DNA from: Methylococcaceae bacterium TMED69
GTDB taxonomy: Bacteria > Pseudomonadota > Gammaproteobacteria > Ga0077536
Direction of reading: 5' to 3'
Assembly (NCBI GenBank): GCA_002170535.1
Contig: NHDW01000001.1
Span: 1 to 57,898 of the forward strand
Length of the DNA stretch: 57,898 nt
In this document: piece by piece, positions 1 to 10,554 of the stretch
Layout of the letters: each line of letters starts with the position of its first letter
How positions within the stretch are numbered: position 1 is the first letter of the stretch
Made by a program: the position numbers and the translations under genes
The notes under the pieces: model-generated
The model's input: only the letters and a program-made list of their open reading frames with translations
What the model was told of the DNA's origin: nothing
Database searches by the model: none

Positions 1-1
1 C

Positions 2-91
2 CGCGCAGGGCGGCTTGCATATTTAGCGGGAAGAATGGAAAAGAAATATAACGCTGAGCCTTCATCACCAAATGAGGGTAAAATTGATTGA
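2..91 (+). CDS. thiG: Thiazole synthase ThiG, C-terminal fragment (cut by window start)
   Basis: Not in ORF track. Manual translation of 2..91 gives RAGRLAYLAGRMEKKYNAEPSSPNEGKID*, matching the ThiG C-terminus (AGRLAYLAGR...SSP); thiG-trmB is a familiar gammaproteobacterial gene order. Confidence 0.85.
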   Translation, partial: RAGRLAYLAGRMEKKYNAEPSSPNEGKID

Positions 92-794
92 AAGAATAGA
101 ACAACAACATATTGGTGGTAGTTCCACCAATAAAATTAGAAGCTTCGTGGTACGCTCAGGAAGGATAACAATTGCTCAAAATAGGGCTTTAGAACAGTTG
201 CTTCCAAAATATGCTAACCTCACAGAAATCCGAGAGCGCATTGAACATATTAAATCTACTGGTAATCAGGTAAACCTTGAAATCGGTTTAGGTGACGGTA
301 AAAATCTAATTCATATGGCTAAAGAAAATCCTAACAGCATATTTTTAGGGAGTGATGTTCATTTACCCGGTATTGGATCTACGCTTAACAGTCTTGAACT
401 GCACAATATAAATAATGTCAGGGTTTTAGTAGGGGACATAAATGACACTTTATTATCATTTGGACGGATATTTCAAAATATATTTATTTTTTTCCCGGAC
501 CCTTGGCCAAAAAAACGCCATAACAAACGGAGGCTTATAAACAGAGAGTTTTTAGATTTAATTGCAAAAAAAATAAAAGTTGATTGTAAGATTTATATAG
601 CAACAGATTGTAAGGATTATGCTACATCAATATTAAATGTGATTGAAATATCGAAAGAAATTGAAAATAGCGAAGGTTCTTGGCGGGTTTCGAAAAGGCC
701 GTCTTGGAGACTTTTGACAAAATTTGAGCGAAGGGCATTACAAGCAAACTCAAGAGTTTATGAAATTTGTTGTATCCCCAAAAATATTGATTAA
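72..794 (+). CDS. trmB: tRNA (guanine-N7)-methyltransferase TrmB
   Basis: IRSFVVRSGR, LEIGLGDG SAM motif, FFPDPWPKKRHNKRR, ATD, TKFERR. True start may be slightly downstream. Confidence 0.95.
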   Translation: MRVKLIERIEQQHIGGSSTNKIRSFVVRSGRITIAQNRALEQLLPKYANLTEIRERIEHIKSTGNQVNLEIGLGDGKNLIHMAKENPNSIFLGSDVHLPGIGSTLNSLELHNINNVRVLVGDINDTLLSFGRIFQNIFIFFPDPWPKKRHNKRRLINREFLDLIAKKIKVDCKIYIATDCKDYATSILNVIEISKEIENSEGSWRVSKRPSWRLLTKFERRALQANSRVYEICCIPKNID

Positions 795-1459
795 CATAGT
801 AATTCTCGAAAGTTATTAATCAGTAAATAACAGCACAACTCTGTTGGCAGTGCTTCTGAGTTCGGTTTTGATATCCCTCTCAGATACTTAATACCGGAGT
901 TCTGTGCCGCTTTAAGTATCTGCAAGTTATCGTCAATTAATAGAGTTCGACTAAAGTTCAGGTTGTATTTTGTGCGTAATTTTTGCCAGAACAGGCCTTC
1001 TTCTTTAGCATAATTTAAGTCATGACTACATACTATATTTCGAAAATATTTTTCTATACCTGTAGCATTTAGTTTTCGATTTAGGCCCTTTCTATCTGCA
1101 TTAGTCACTAATATTGTTTGCCTTGCTTTAACCAATTTGCTTTTTAAAAATAATGAAGCATCTTCTCTGAATTTAATTCGGTGTTTAAATTTTTCTTCTA
1201 TCGAATCAATATCAATATTGAGTTTGTTTTCCCAGTAATCAAAGCTGTACCAGTTTAAAGTCGATTTAACCGCTGTCATTTTTTGTCTTAGGATTGATCG
1301 AGCTTCATTTAATTCAAGATTTCTAATTTGAGCTAAATTTTCTGGTACCTTTTTACTCCATATATAGTCGTCAAAAGATAGGTCAAGAATAGTACCGTCC
1401 ATATCAAGTAAAATGTTATCAATATCGATCCAATTAATTTTTCTTAAATTATTTTGCAT
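791..1459 (-). CDS. yrfG: HAD-family hydrolase, GMP/IMP nucleotidase YrfG-like
   Basis: LLDMDGTILDL motif I, LVTNA, KE, IDDN; TLNWY..DYW segment typical of YrfG. Confidence 0.85.
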   Translation of the reverse strand: MQNNLRKINWIDIDNILLDMDGTILDLSFDDYIWSKKVPENLAQIRNLELNEARSILRQKMTAVKSTLNWYSFDYWENKLNIDIDSIEEKFKHRIKFREDASLFLKSKLVKARQTILVTNADRKGLNRKLNATGIEKYFRNIVCSHDLNYAKEEGLFWQKLRTKYNLNFSRTLLIDDNLQILKAAQNSGIKYLRGISKPNSEALPTELCCYLLINNFRELLC

Positions 1460-1560
1460 TATAAATGTAGGTTCTGGTCTCTACGCTAAAAAAGAATTAC
1501 CGGGTTTCTATGAAAAATGTTTGAGTTTTGTTAATTTACGCCGTAAATCAGGGCAATTCC

Positions 1561-2691
1561 TTATAATAGGAAATGTATCATCACACCAGCCGCTACTGCA
1601 GAACCTATCACTCCTGCAATGTTTGGACCCATTGCATGCATTAGCAAATGATTATTTTTATTAGACTCCAGCCCGACTTTGTTGACTACTCTGGCAGCCA
1701 TTGGAACCGCGGATACTCCCGCAGCTCCAATTAGTGGATTGAGAGGTGTTTTAGAAATCGCATTCATAAACTTAGCAATTAAAACACCTGCAGCAGTGCC
1801 TATAGCAAAAGCGAACATGCCTAAAAAAAGAATCGCAATTGTGCTGAATGTTAAAAATTCAGACGCCTCTAACTTTGCACCAACTCCAAGTCCTAACCCA
1901 ATAGTAACTATGTTGATTAAAGAGTTTTGAGCAGTATCAGACAGACGTTTTACCACACCAGATTCTTTCATTAGGTTACCGAAGCAGAACATACCAAGAA
2001 GTGGCGTAGCACTAGGGAGAAGCAAAGCAACTAGGCCTAATAAAAGCAAAGGGAAAATGATTTTTTCAGTCTGACTTACGTCTCTTAACTGAAGCATAAC
2101 AATTGACCTCTCTTTTTCCGTAGTTAAAATTTTCATGATTGGTGGTTGTATCAGTGGTACTAACGCCATGTAAGAATAAGCCGCCACTGCAACAGCCCCT
2201 ATTAACTCAGGAGCGAGCACACTTGCAACATATATTGCGGTCGGCCCATCGGCACCTCCAATAATTCCGATGGCAGCGGCATCTTGTAGTGTAAAAGAGA
2301 GTATTCCTGTCTCGTTTAGCAAGATCGCTCCTATGACTGTCAAAAAGATCCCGACTTGAGCTGCAGCGCCCAAGAATAAAGTTCTGGGATTTGCCAACAT
2401 GGGACCGAAATCAGTCATTGCTCCGACCCCCATAAAAATTATGAGTGGGAATACTCCTGTGTCAATGCCAATCTCCTGGACGAAGTAAAGAAGCCCACCT
2501 TCTGCGGCTATTTGGCTCCCTGGAATATTTGCTAGAAGCCCTCCAAATCCGATCGGTAACAAAATAAGCGGTTCGAATGATTTAGCTACTGCTAAATAAA
2601 TCAGCAAACAAGAAATTAAAAGCATTATGAAAGTTGGAAGGGTAAGCATCGCTAGTCCAGAGCCTAGCCACAATTCGTGCATGAGATCCAT
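1561..2691 (-). CDS. oadB: Na+-translocating oxaloacetate decarboxylase beta subunit
   Basis: [64 protein letters not shown]. Confidence 0.97.
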   Translation of the reverse strand: MDLMHELWLGSGLAMLTLPTFIMLLISCLLIYLAVAKSFEPLILLPIGFGGLLANIPGSQIAAEGGLLYFVQEIGIDTGVFPLIIFMGVGAMTDFGPMLANPRTLFLGAAAQVGIFLTVIGAILLNETGILSFTLQDAAAIGIIGGADGPTAIYVASVLAPELIGAVAVAAYSYMALVPLIQPPIMKILTTEKERSIVMLQLRDVSQTEKIIFPLLLLGLVALLLPSATPLLGMFCFGNLMKESGVVKRLSDTAQNSLINIVTIGLGLGVGAKLEASEFLTFSTIAILFLGMFAFAIGTAAGVLIAKFMNAISKTPLNPLIGAAGVSAVPMAARVVNKVGLESNKNNHLLMHAMGPNIAGVIGSAVAAGVMIHFLL

Positions 2692-2693
2692 TG

Positions 2694-4493
2694 TTAATTT
2701 TCTTTTATGAATTCTATCAAATTTTGCCCTTGAGTAACTTTATCACCAATTGCGACCGGTATTTCAAGAATTTCAAGATCTTCTTCTGCCAATACTTCGG
2801 TTTCCATTTTCATTGCCTCAAGGATTAATATCACCTGACCAGATTTTATTTTGTCTCCAGGTTTACATTTGATGTCAGTAATGCTCCCAGATAACGGGCA
2901 CTCGATAGTTGACTGGTTTGAACTTTTTCTACCTGCTATATTTTTGGCATTTTCTACTTTGAGTTCAAGATTATCCATTACCTCGACTTCAAAAATTCGT
3001 CCATTGACCTTAATATTATATTTTGATTGTTTCTGAAAATTGTTATTCGAATCATTAGTGATATTTGAATCTTTTGATTTTGAATCAGGGACTGGTTCAA
3101 ATGCATTTGGATTTTTTTTATTTTTAAAAAAATAAAGGGCTACTTGGGGAAAAAGAGCATAGGTTAGGATATCGTCAATTTTATCAGAGGATAAATTAAA
3201 ATTATTTCTCTCTTTTTCACTTAATAATTCGGTTTCTATTTTTTTGAGTTCTGGCTCTAGTAAGTCTGCGGGTCTACACGTGACTGGTTTGGCATCCCCT
3301 AGAACCTTGGCTTGGAGCGAGGAATTTACGGGTGACGGTGTAGCCCCATATTCCCCTTTTAATATTCCCTCAGTTTCTTTAGAGAGTTTATTATAGCGAC
3401 CCATCATAACATTCAACACGGCTTGTGTGCCTACGATTTGTGACGTAGGCGTTACTAACGGAATATTTCCTAAATCTTCTCTAACCTTAGGAATTTCTTT
3501 TAATACTTCGTCTAATTTATCTGATGCTGATTGTTCTTTAAGTTGATTTTCTAGATTCGTAAGCATGCCGCCTGGTACTTGGGCAACCAGTATTCTTGAG
3601 TCAACGCCTTTCAACGAGCCTTCAAATTTTTCATATTTTTTTCTGACCTTTTTAAAATAATCTGACACTTCCTCAATTAGTTGTATATTAAGGCCTGTGT
3701 CTCTTTCTGTGTTTTCTAATATTGAGACTAGAGATTCTGTAGGGGAGTGTCCATATGTCATACTCATGCTTGATACTGCGGTGTCTACATTATCTATACC
3801 TGCTTCAATACTTTTAAGATAAGTTGCTGTCGATAATCCAGTAGTGGCATGACTTTGCATGTGAATCGGTATACTGAGTTTTTCTTTAAGTTTACTTACT
3901 AAATCGAAAGCTACATATGGTTTTAATAAGCCAGCCATATCTTTTATACAAAGTGAATGAGCACCCATATCTTGTATTTGCTCTGCTAACGAGACCCATA
4001 AATCAATTGTATGAACCGGTGATACTGTATAGGAAATGGTCCCTTGAGCATGTTTTCCCATTTTTACCACTGCTTTAATGCTACTTTTCAGATTTCGAAG
4101 ATCATTAAGTGCATCGAATATTCTAAAAATATCTACTCCATTTGTTGCTGCTCGTTCAACGAATTTTGTTACAACGTCATCTGCGTAGTGTCTGTAACCT
4201 AAGATATTTTGCCCTCTGAACAACATTTGTTGAGGGGTTTTTGGCATCGCTTTTTTTAGTTGCCTGATTCTTTCCCAAGGGTCTTCACCTAGAAACCGAA
4301 TACAGGCATCGAAGGTGGCCCCACCCCAGCTCTCGATAGACCAGAACCCTATTTCATCTAGTTTTGAAGCAATTGGCAACATGTCTTCAGTTCTCATTCG
4401 GGTAGCAAAAAGAGACTGGTGAGCATCTCTTAACACTAACTCCGTTAGTCCTAATTTATTTTTCTTTTTCGATTTTTGCTCAGTGCTATTCAT
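2694..4493 (-). CDS. oadA: Oxaloacetate decarboxylase alpha subunit (carboxyltransferase + biotin carrier)
   Basis: [50 protein letters not shown]-terminal EAMKM biotinylation motif. Confidence 0.97.
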   Translation of the reverse strand: MNSTEQKSKKKNKLGLTELVLRDAHQSLFATRMRTEDMLPIASKLDEIGFWSIESWGGATFDACIRFLGEDPWERIRQLKKAMPKTPQQMLFRGQNILGYRHYADDVVTKFVERAATNGVDIFRIFDALNDLRNLKSSIKAVVKMGKHAQGTISYTVSPVHTIDLWVSLAEQIQDMGAHSLCIKDMAGLLKPYVAFDLVSKLKEKLSIPIHMQSHATTGLSTATYLKSIEAGIDNVDTAVSSMSMTYGHSPTESLVSILENTERDTGLNIQLIEEVSDYFKKVRKKYEKFEGSLKGVDSRILVAQVPGGMLTNLENQLKEQSASDKLDEVLKEIPKVREDLGNIPLVTPTSQIVGTQAVLNVMMGRYNKLSKETEGILKGEYGATPSPVNSSLQAKVLGDAKPVTCRPADLLEPELKKIETELLSEKERNNFNLSSDKIDDILTYALFPQVALYFFKNKKNPNAFEPVPDSKSKDSNITNDSNNNFQKQSKYNIKVNGRIFEVEVMDNLELKVENAKNIAGRKSSNQSTIECPLSGSITDIKCKPGDKIKSGQVILILEAMKMETEVLAEEDLEILEIPVAIGDKVTQGQNLIEFIKEN

Positions 4494-4701
4494 GATTTTT
4501 TGTTTCTCGAAATTTTGTGATGGCTAATGTAATCGCAGCTATAGTATCCAGATCTGTAGAATCATTAGATTGTTTATAATAGAGTTTTGAAGAGGTCGTT
4601 ATGATAAAAACCAAAAAGGTAAGGAAAAAACCGACCATACCCATTCCTGCTACTGCTAGTTTTATACCCTCGATAAGTATTTCTGCATTATCTGACTGCA
4701 T
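4486..4701 (-). CDS. oadG: Oxaloacetate decarboxylase gamma subunit
   Basis: Single TM helix (GMGMVGFFLTFLV) and IAAITLAI motif, directly upstream of oadA. Confidence 0.9.
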   Translation of the reverse strand: MQSDNAEILIEGIKLAVAGMGMVGFFLTFLVFIITTSSKLYYKQSNDSTDLDTIAAITLAITKFRETKNHE

Positions 4702-4711
4702 AAGTTTATTT

Positions 4712-5875
4712 TTACCCCAGTTTGTGTTGCACTAAGTTAACCCAGTAATTTATTCCCTGCGGAATGATTGTATCGTTAAAGTCATAGGTGGGGCTATGAA
4801 GCATACAGCCCCCTGTGGTATCTCCGTTACCTATTAATGCATAACAACCTTTTTTTTCTTCCAGCATAAAACCGAAATCTTCCGAACCGGTAACGGGCTC
4901 ACAATCTTCTTGTCCAGCGGCTGACCCATTTAACTTAGCAGCGACTTCCTTAACCATTTCGCTTTCTTTTTTTGAATTTATTGTAGGAGGGTATCTTTCT
5001 TCATATTTTAAATCAATGGTACAGTTGTTTGAAGCAGCGATAGCATTAGCTATATCTAACATTCTGCTTTTTACATATTGTTGATTGTTTTTGGAAAAAG
5101 TCCTTACAGTCCCACCAAATGATACAGTTTTAGGCATAACAGCCCAAGTATTACCTCCGATGATTTTAGTTACACTTAGGACAACGGAGTCAATTGGGTC
5201 TATGTTTCTTGACACGATGGTTTGCCAATTAAGAATTATAGAAGCGCTAGTTGTAATCGCATCATTTGAGAGATGGGGTAGCGCAGCATGCCCACCGTTC
5301 CCATTTATTGTAAGTTCGAATGTGTCAAAACCAGCCATGATTGGCCCTTTTCTAGTTTTTAGAATGCCAGATTTAAGATGAGGCCAATTATGAATTGCAA
5401 ATATGCTATCAATATTAAATTTTGCAAATAAGCCATCATCTATCATTGCTTTTGCTCCCGCCTCACCTTCTTCAGCGGGTTGGAAAATAAAAAAGACGGT
5501 ACCATTAAAAGCTTTAGATTTTGATAAGAATTCAGCTGCTCCAAGTAACATTGCTGTGTGTCCGTCGTGACCGCATGCATGCATGCATCCTGAATTTCTT
5601 GATTTGTGTGCAAAATTATTTTGTTCCAATATGGGGAGTGCATCCATATCTGCTCTTAAAGCAATATTATTCTGTCTCGTGCCAGTCTGAAGCACGCCTA
5701 CAACGCCAGTTTTACCTAGACCTCTATATGTTTTTATGCCAAAAGACTCGAGTTTTTCAGCTACAAAATTAGATGTTTCAATTTCTTTAAAAGCAAGTTC
5801 AGGAAATGAATGTAATTGTCGGCGCCATACTATGATTTTATCGATATTTTTTTCTATATACTTTTTTAATTCCAT
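4712..5875 (-). CDS. M20D family amidohydrolase (hippurate hydrolase-like)
   Basis: RRQLHSFPEL, LRADMDAL, MHACGHDGH, FQPAEEG, GSEDF, LHSPTYDFND. Confidence 0.93.
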   Translation of the reverse strand: MELKKYIEKNIDKIIVWRRQLHSFPELAFKEIETSNFVAEKLESFGIKTYRGLGKTGVVGVLQTGTRQNNIALRADMDALPILEQNNFAHKSRNSGCMHACGHDGHTAMLLGAAEFLSKSKAFNGTVFFIFQPAEEGEAGAKAMIDDGLFAKFNIDSIFAIHNWPHLKSGILKTRKGPIMAGFDTFELTINGNGGHAALPHLSNDAITTSASIILNWQTIVSRNIDPIDSVVLSVTKIIGGNTWAVMPKTVSFGGTVRTFSKNNQQYVKSRMLDIANAIAASNNCTIDLKYEERYPPTINSKKESEMVKEVAAKLNGSAAGQEDCEPVTGSEDFGFMLEEKKGCYALIGNGDTTGGCMLHSPTYDFNDTIIPQGINYWVNLVQHKLG

Positions 5876-5894
5876 TACTTAATCTTGCTCCAAT

Positions 5895-7140
5895 TTAAAA
5901 TTTTTGTCTATTTAATATAATGCTAGTCAAAAATCCAATTAAAGATATTATCCCTAAAAAATAAAAATAAAAACTATGTCCAGTAGTGCTCTCAAAAGAA
6001 TCGAGTATTCTCCCAGCTATTGGAGCGAAAAAAATATCTGGTGCAAATCCAACAACTGAAATCAATCCTACCAAGAAACCTGTATGTGCCATCGGCATTT
6101 TGGTTTCGCTTAATAGTGTAAAATAAACTCCTCTTAAGCCGAAGACAACTAGGGCAGAACTAGAGAGTGCAATCAGTATTATACTAATATTATGAGAATT
6201 ATCAGTTCCTAAACCAATCAAGAAAAAGTTTACTGATATAAAAAAGAAAGACAAGATAAGCACGATCGAGGGCTTTAATCTATTGGATAATAGACCGGCA
6301 AGAATTGCCCCTATAACCCTCAAATACGCGATTTTTGCTGCAATGCTCGCTGAATCTTGTGCGCTATAATTGTGTACTTCGTAAAGGTATAGCGAGAAGT
6401 GGTCAAGTCCCTTGTAACAGGCGTAACTTGATGCAACTATTAAGGCTTGCAGCCAAATAATTTTTTTTTTTCAATAGTTGAACCCTTTGAGGCAACTTAC
6501 TTATAGAGTCGTTTGTTTTAGTACTTGCGATTGCTGGAAGAAACAAATAAACAAAAAGTGCTGCGATAAAAGTCATAAAAATGTAAAAAATAATTACTTG
6601 TTCGATAGGTTGAAAGGATGAATATGGTTCGCTTAACTCAGCTACGTAGTTGCGAGAGAAAATTAAAACTCCCATTGATGCAACCAATGCCGCACATAAT
6701 CCCCTACCTCCATCTAAAAAGCCAAATGCTGTCCCTTGGTTTTGGCTTCCACCAATAAAACGAGTGCTTTTTATTAACGGTGACCAAAAAAGACAGATCG
6801 TACTTAAGCCCCAAAAACTATAAAGGGTTTTTAAATAAGTGATACTGGGATCTATCAATAAGACGAATCCTCCCGTTCCTGTAAGAACCAGCGATATAAT
6901 AATAAGGGTCTTTGGTTGAAATTTATCTGTAATTAGCGCCCCTAAAAAATATCCAAGAAATGCAGAAATTCCATAATAAAAAAAAACATCTCCTAACTCG
7001 GTATTGGATAGCCCATATGAAGATAAAAAAGAGGGTCTGAAGTATCTGGCAATATGAAAAGGAAGGCTAAAAATCATTTCACCCGCGATTATTAAGCTTA
7101 TGATTCCTATGAGCGATTGAAATTTTCTAGAGGATACCAT
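5895..7140 (-). pseudogene. MFS transporter split by a frameshift in an A11 homopolymer
   Basis: Two hydrophobic ORFs (6403..7140, 5895..6323). Removing one base from the run at 6461-6471 gives a continuous frame (...LLKKKIIWLQALIVASSYACYKGLDHFSLYL...AYLRVIGA...), ~414 aa. Could be a sequencing error in an intact gene. Confidence 0.85.
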
Positions 7141-7146
7141 TAATTT

Positions 7147-7563
7147 TTAAGAAACGTGCATTAATCCCGGATAAAGAGCGCGTAATTTGGCTGCTCTTGA
7201 TTTTGCCTCGTTTTCTGTTTGAAACTTTTCATTCTCAAATAAGCAGACGGGGATATTGGAGTCAACACATAACTGCCCAACAACATATTCTTTGTTATTT
7301 GGTCTCACCACCACATACCAGCCTTTCACTGGCCCTGTTTTATAGCTATTTAATTTATATAACAATTTAGCGAATTCACTATAGGGTCCATCTTCGTCTA
7401 TGAGTGGTGGAAACTCAATTTTATTAATTTCTTCTGAGTTAGACCACTGCCATTTCATAGAATCTGCGAAGTTCTTTTCTAGAGCTTGTCCGCCCCTGAG
7501 TTTTGGATGAATCCACCAGTAGTGGTCTTTCCCTTCGTGCTTATTTTTTTTATCCTCTGTCAT
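7147..7563 (-). CDS. Hypothetical protein; divergent paralog of the DMFase small subunit
   Basis: ATGA overlap with the large subunit stop. C-terminal ~70 aa align by eye with 9982..10416 (EYVVGQL/EYSIGLL; EKFQTENEAK/EKYPTREEAE). Confidence 0.65.
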   Translation of the reverse strand: MTEDKKNKHEGKDHYWWIHPKLRGGQALEKNFADSMKWQWSNSEEINKIEFPPLIDEDGPYSEFAKLLYKLNSYKTGPVKGWYVVVRPNNKEYVVGQLCVDSNIPVCLFENEKFQTENEAKSRAAKLRALYPGLMHVS

Positions 7564-9968
7564 GGAAGTTTCTTATATTTTAGGAACCCATCAATTATAT
7601 TCGTCATCATTGTTGATACATTATTATTGTAATTATTGTGTTGGAGAGAACCACACCACGTCATTGAGCCTACTGAGAAAACTGCGCCTTCGTTAGGCGT
7701 TTTAAAATAAACTATATCAGAACGGGTCCATGGATTGGTCTCACCTGTTCCGCCAGCGATATAGCCCCTAGCATTAAAAGTAACCTCCTCAGTTACTGAA
7801 ACATAGATGTCATTATGGCCTTCTGAGTGTGCTAGGAGAAAGGCGTTATGTGGTGTACCAAGTTCGAGATCGGCTCTGTCCAATTCTAGGCCCGCCGCGC
7901 CACCTCCAACCAGACCGAAATCACCTATTGGTTCATTCTTACCTATGCCTTTAAATATCCATCTACATTGTGGTAATTGACTATCGGGAGAGCGTCTGTA
8001 ATAAGACGAATAAGTTAATCCAAACGATGAAAAAGTATTACCCAAGAGTTTACTCATTACTCTTCCTCTGACTCTCCATAAACCGCCGTGCTTTCCGTCA
8101 AAGGCATTACAATATTCGCCTGGTGAGATCGTCCACGCTCGGGTTCCATTATCACCTTTACGTACTTCAATAATATTTGGGTTGTCTGGATGAGGAACAC
8201 AAATCCAATAAAATCCGTTTGCCGCGAGGTACATGAATCTTCCACCATGCATTTGATAATCATGATATGCAGTCATTTGTTCTTCGGACATATATTCTGG
8301 ATGGTGTCCCGTTAATACTATTTTATACTTATTTAAAAGCGAGGCGCCTTGTTGATGCACATCTTCATCGGTAAGAATATCTACTTTATATCCTTTCTCG
8401 TATAACCAATCTACTAAATGAAGATCAGCATTAAATTGCCAAAGAGAAGGTGATAGTACATGTAAATATTTCGGACGCATGTTGAGTATTGGTCGAAGTC
8501 TGGAAGAAACGTTGACTCCCCATCCGTCTCGATAACTCGTATAGGTTCCTAAACCATAGCCACGTTCTTTGTTGAGTAATAGATCTTCTGGTTGTAGTAA
8601 AGGTATTTGACCGGTCAAAAGTTCAGCGATAACTGAGTTTACACTTAAGTTATCATTAGCGTAAGCCATGTAACTATGAGTTGCCATTACCAGAGCAATC
8701 TCAGCAGGTTGATCGTCGGGAGAGGGTTTGACAAAGAATGGAATATAATCCTCATGATCGGGGGTCGATTTTCCTTTAACTCTGATTCTTGCCGCGTAAA
8801 CCCCGCTTTCTAAATTTTTTGGGATTTTAAAACTAAAAGATGGTGACCATCTAGCATCATCAACGGATTCGTCATGGAAATGAATTGCTCCATATTCTTG
8901 AGGACCGTGCGTAAAGCTCATATAATCGGATGACCAATTAAAACCGGGGGTTCCCCTAACCGGCATGTTGACCCCTATAGCGTGTAGCTTATTAGGAGTC
9001 ATTTCTGGGACATGAGTTGACGCAGCATTTTTTCCAATATTTTCAGAAAAGTCCCAGAAAGCTGTAAGTAATTCCTTTATTTCATTTGGAAGGGACTCTA
9101 TTTTTTGCTGTCCTAAAACCATGTTAATAGTTTCTTCTCTGACTGCTGAGTTAAATAATCTAGGCCTTTCTATTTTTCCGTTGTATTTTTGAAAATGTTC
9201 AGGTATTTCCACAGGGCTATCGAGTTGCTTGAAATGGTCTCCATGGATGGTTCGTCCAGAGCTAATATTTAAAGTATTAGCTGCCATTAAGAGCGGGGCT
9301 TTGTTTGTTCCTAAAGCCTGCTTGGATGTTTTGAAAATTTTGCTGTCATTTGTATCTTCTTTTGGATGAAGCATACTCATACCGTGTCCGCCATTTGTAA
9401 TACTTACATAGGCTTGCTGGCTAACTGAAACTTCACCGGTTTTTGAGTTAAAACTTGCATAAACTCTATACCAAACTTTTCTGAAGAGAGGTTTTGATAG
9501 GGAAAAAATTTCTGTTTTACCCTTGCCTCTGCCAACTTTGAATTCTAAAGATCCAGACTTGTTTATGAACAGACCGAACCCCATTTGTTTCTTGTTATCC
9601 CATTTTGTGATTAGTCCCTGCTCTCCAACTTCTACTCCCTCAACATCGGTAATAGGAGTGGTTGGATAGATATAAGCGCACACGGTAATATCGTCACAAT
9701 CTAGCTTTTTGTTGTGAGGGACTATTAGGTAACTTCCGGCCATTAATGGTTGATGTTTTCCCTTGTAAACCTTATTGGCTTTGTTTCTAATTATCTTTTC
9801 TTTTAATCCCGGTCCTTCTGGATTCGTATCGCCATTAATTAATCGGACAATATCTGATTTATAACTTTCCCCGAATTCTGAGTGAACAAAAAAAGTGATT
9901 TCTTCATCTTTTGTTACAGCGGTTTTGTCGGTATATCCAGTAACCCTTAGTATCTGCTCCTGTTTCAT
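7560..9968 (-). CDS. dmfA2: N,N-dimethylformamidase-family large subunit
   Basis: N-terminal ...GDTNPEGPG, LamG-like insert, YGAIHFHD, SGVYAAR, SYMAYAN, RPILNMRP, GHHPEY, ANGFYW, AAGLELDR, GAVFSVGS; 802 aa. Confidence 0.92.
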   Translation of the reverse strand: MKQEQILRVTGYTDKTAVTKDEEITFFVHSEFGESYKSDIVRLINGDTNPEGPGLKEKIIRNKANKVYKGKHQPLMAGSYLIVPHNKKLDCDDITVCAYIYPTTPITDVEGVEVGEQGLITKWDNKKQMGFGLFINKSGSLEFKVGRGKGKTEIFSLSKPLFRKVWYRVYASFNSKTGEVSVSQQAYVSITNGGHGMSMLHPKEDTNDSKIFKTSKQALGTNKAPLLMAANTLNISSGRTIHGDHFKQLDSPVEIPEHFQKYNGKIERPRLFNSAVREETINMVLGQQKIESLPNEIKELLTAFWDFSENIGKNAASTHVPEMTPNKLHAIGVNMPVRGTPGFNWSSDYMSFTHGPQEYGAIHFHDESVDDARWSPSFSFKIPKNLESGVYAARIRVKGKSTPDHEDYIPFFVKPSPDDQPAEIALVMATHSYMAYANDNLSVNSVIAELLTGQIPLLQPEDLLLNKERGYGLGTYTSYRDGWGVNVSSRLRPILNMRPKYLHVLSPSLWQFNADLHLVDWLYEKGYKVDILTDEDVHQQGASLLNKYKIVLTGHHPEYMSEEQMTAYHDYQMHGGRFMYLAANGFYWICVPHPDNPNIIEVRKGDNGTRAWTISPGEYCNAFDGKHGGLWRVRGRVMSKLLGNTFSSFGLTYSSYYRRSPDSQLPQCRWIFKGIGKNEPIGDFGLVGGGAAGLELDRADLELGTPHNAFLLAHSEGHNDIYVSVTEEVTFNARGYIAGGTGETNPWTRSDIVYFKTPNEGAVFSVGSMTWCGSLQHNNYNNNVSTMMTNIIDGFLKYKKLP

Positions 9969-9981
9969 TTACAGTCTCCAA

Positions 9982-10416
9982 TTAGTCGGTGATTCCATAT
10001 TCTCTACAGAGGGCTTTGACCCTTTTTTTAAATATTGCATGCTCCGCCTCTTCTCTAGTTGGATATTTCTCTCTCAATATCTTTACTACTCCTCCTCTTC
10101 GTCCGGGCAATAAACCAATTGAATATTCTGCCCAAGGAATTGTTTCAACAATAGTGTGTTTTCCGGTCTGAGGTCTAGTTCTCAGAAAATCAACTAGTTG
10201 AGCTAATACGCTACTTTGCAGTGGCGGCGGAGTGCCAGGTAAAGTTGGCCCGCCTCTTGGGAAGCGTTGGTGTTCATCGATCAAGGCTTGTCTTTTTTGT
10301 TTATTTCTGAGGTGTTCAAGCAGATAGGTTCTAACATTGTAGTCATTTACTGCATTAAAAGAATAGTTTTGCTTTATGTCAGCTCCCTGCGATTTTCCAT
10401 TATTGGATTTTGCCAC
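9982..10416 (-). CDS. dmfA1: N,N-dimethylformamidase-family small subunit
   Basis: LIDEH..., S..LAQLVDFLR, GKH, PWAEY, GRRG, TREEAEHAIFKKR; immediately upstream of the large subunit; GTG start with AGGGG RBS. Confidence 0.85.
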   Translation of the reverse strand: MAKSNNGKSQGADIKQNYSFNAVNDYNVRTYLLEHLRNKQKRQALIDEHQRFPRGGPTLPGTPPPLQSSVLAQLVDFLRTRPQTGKHTIVETIPWAEYSIGLLPGRRGGVVKILREKYPTREEAEHAIFKKRVKALCREYGITD

Positions 10417-10554
10417 GACACTGTCCCCTCTTTTGCACTATTTTGAGATTTAGTCTGATTGTGTTCTATAGACAATTATAAAATAAATTAACTAGAATAT
10501 CTTCATCAAGATGAATGTTAACTGGTATTTAGTTCGCCGTGAGATCGACGTATA

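Noticed and set aside
10458-10528. Short dyads in the dmf/acyl-CoA dehydrogenase divergent region (ATTGT..TCTATAGACAAT; TTCATC-AA-GATGAA)
   Set aside because: Short and imperfect, with no cognate regulator in the window; cannot be separated from chance.
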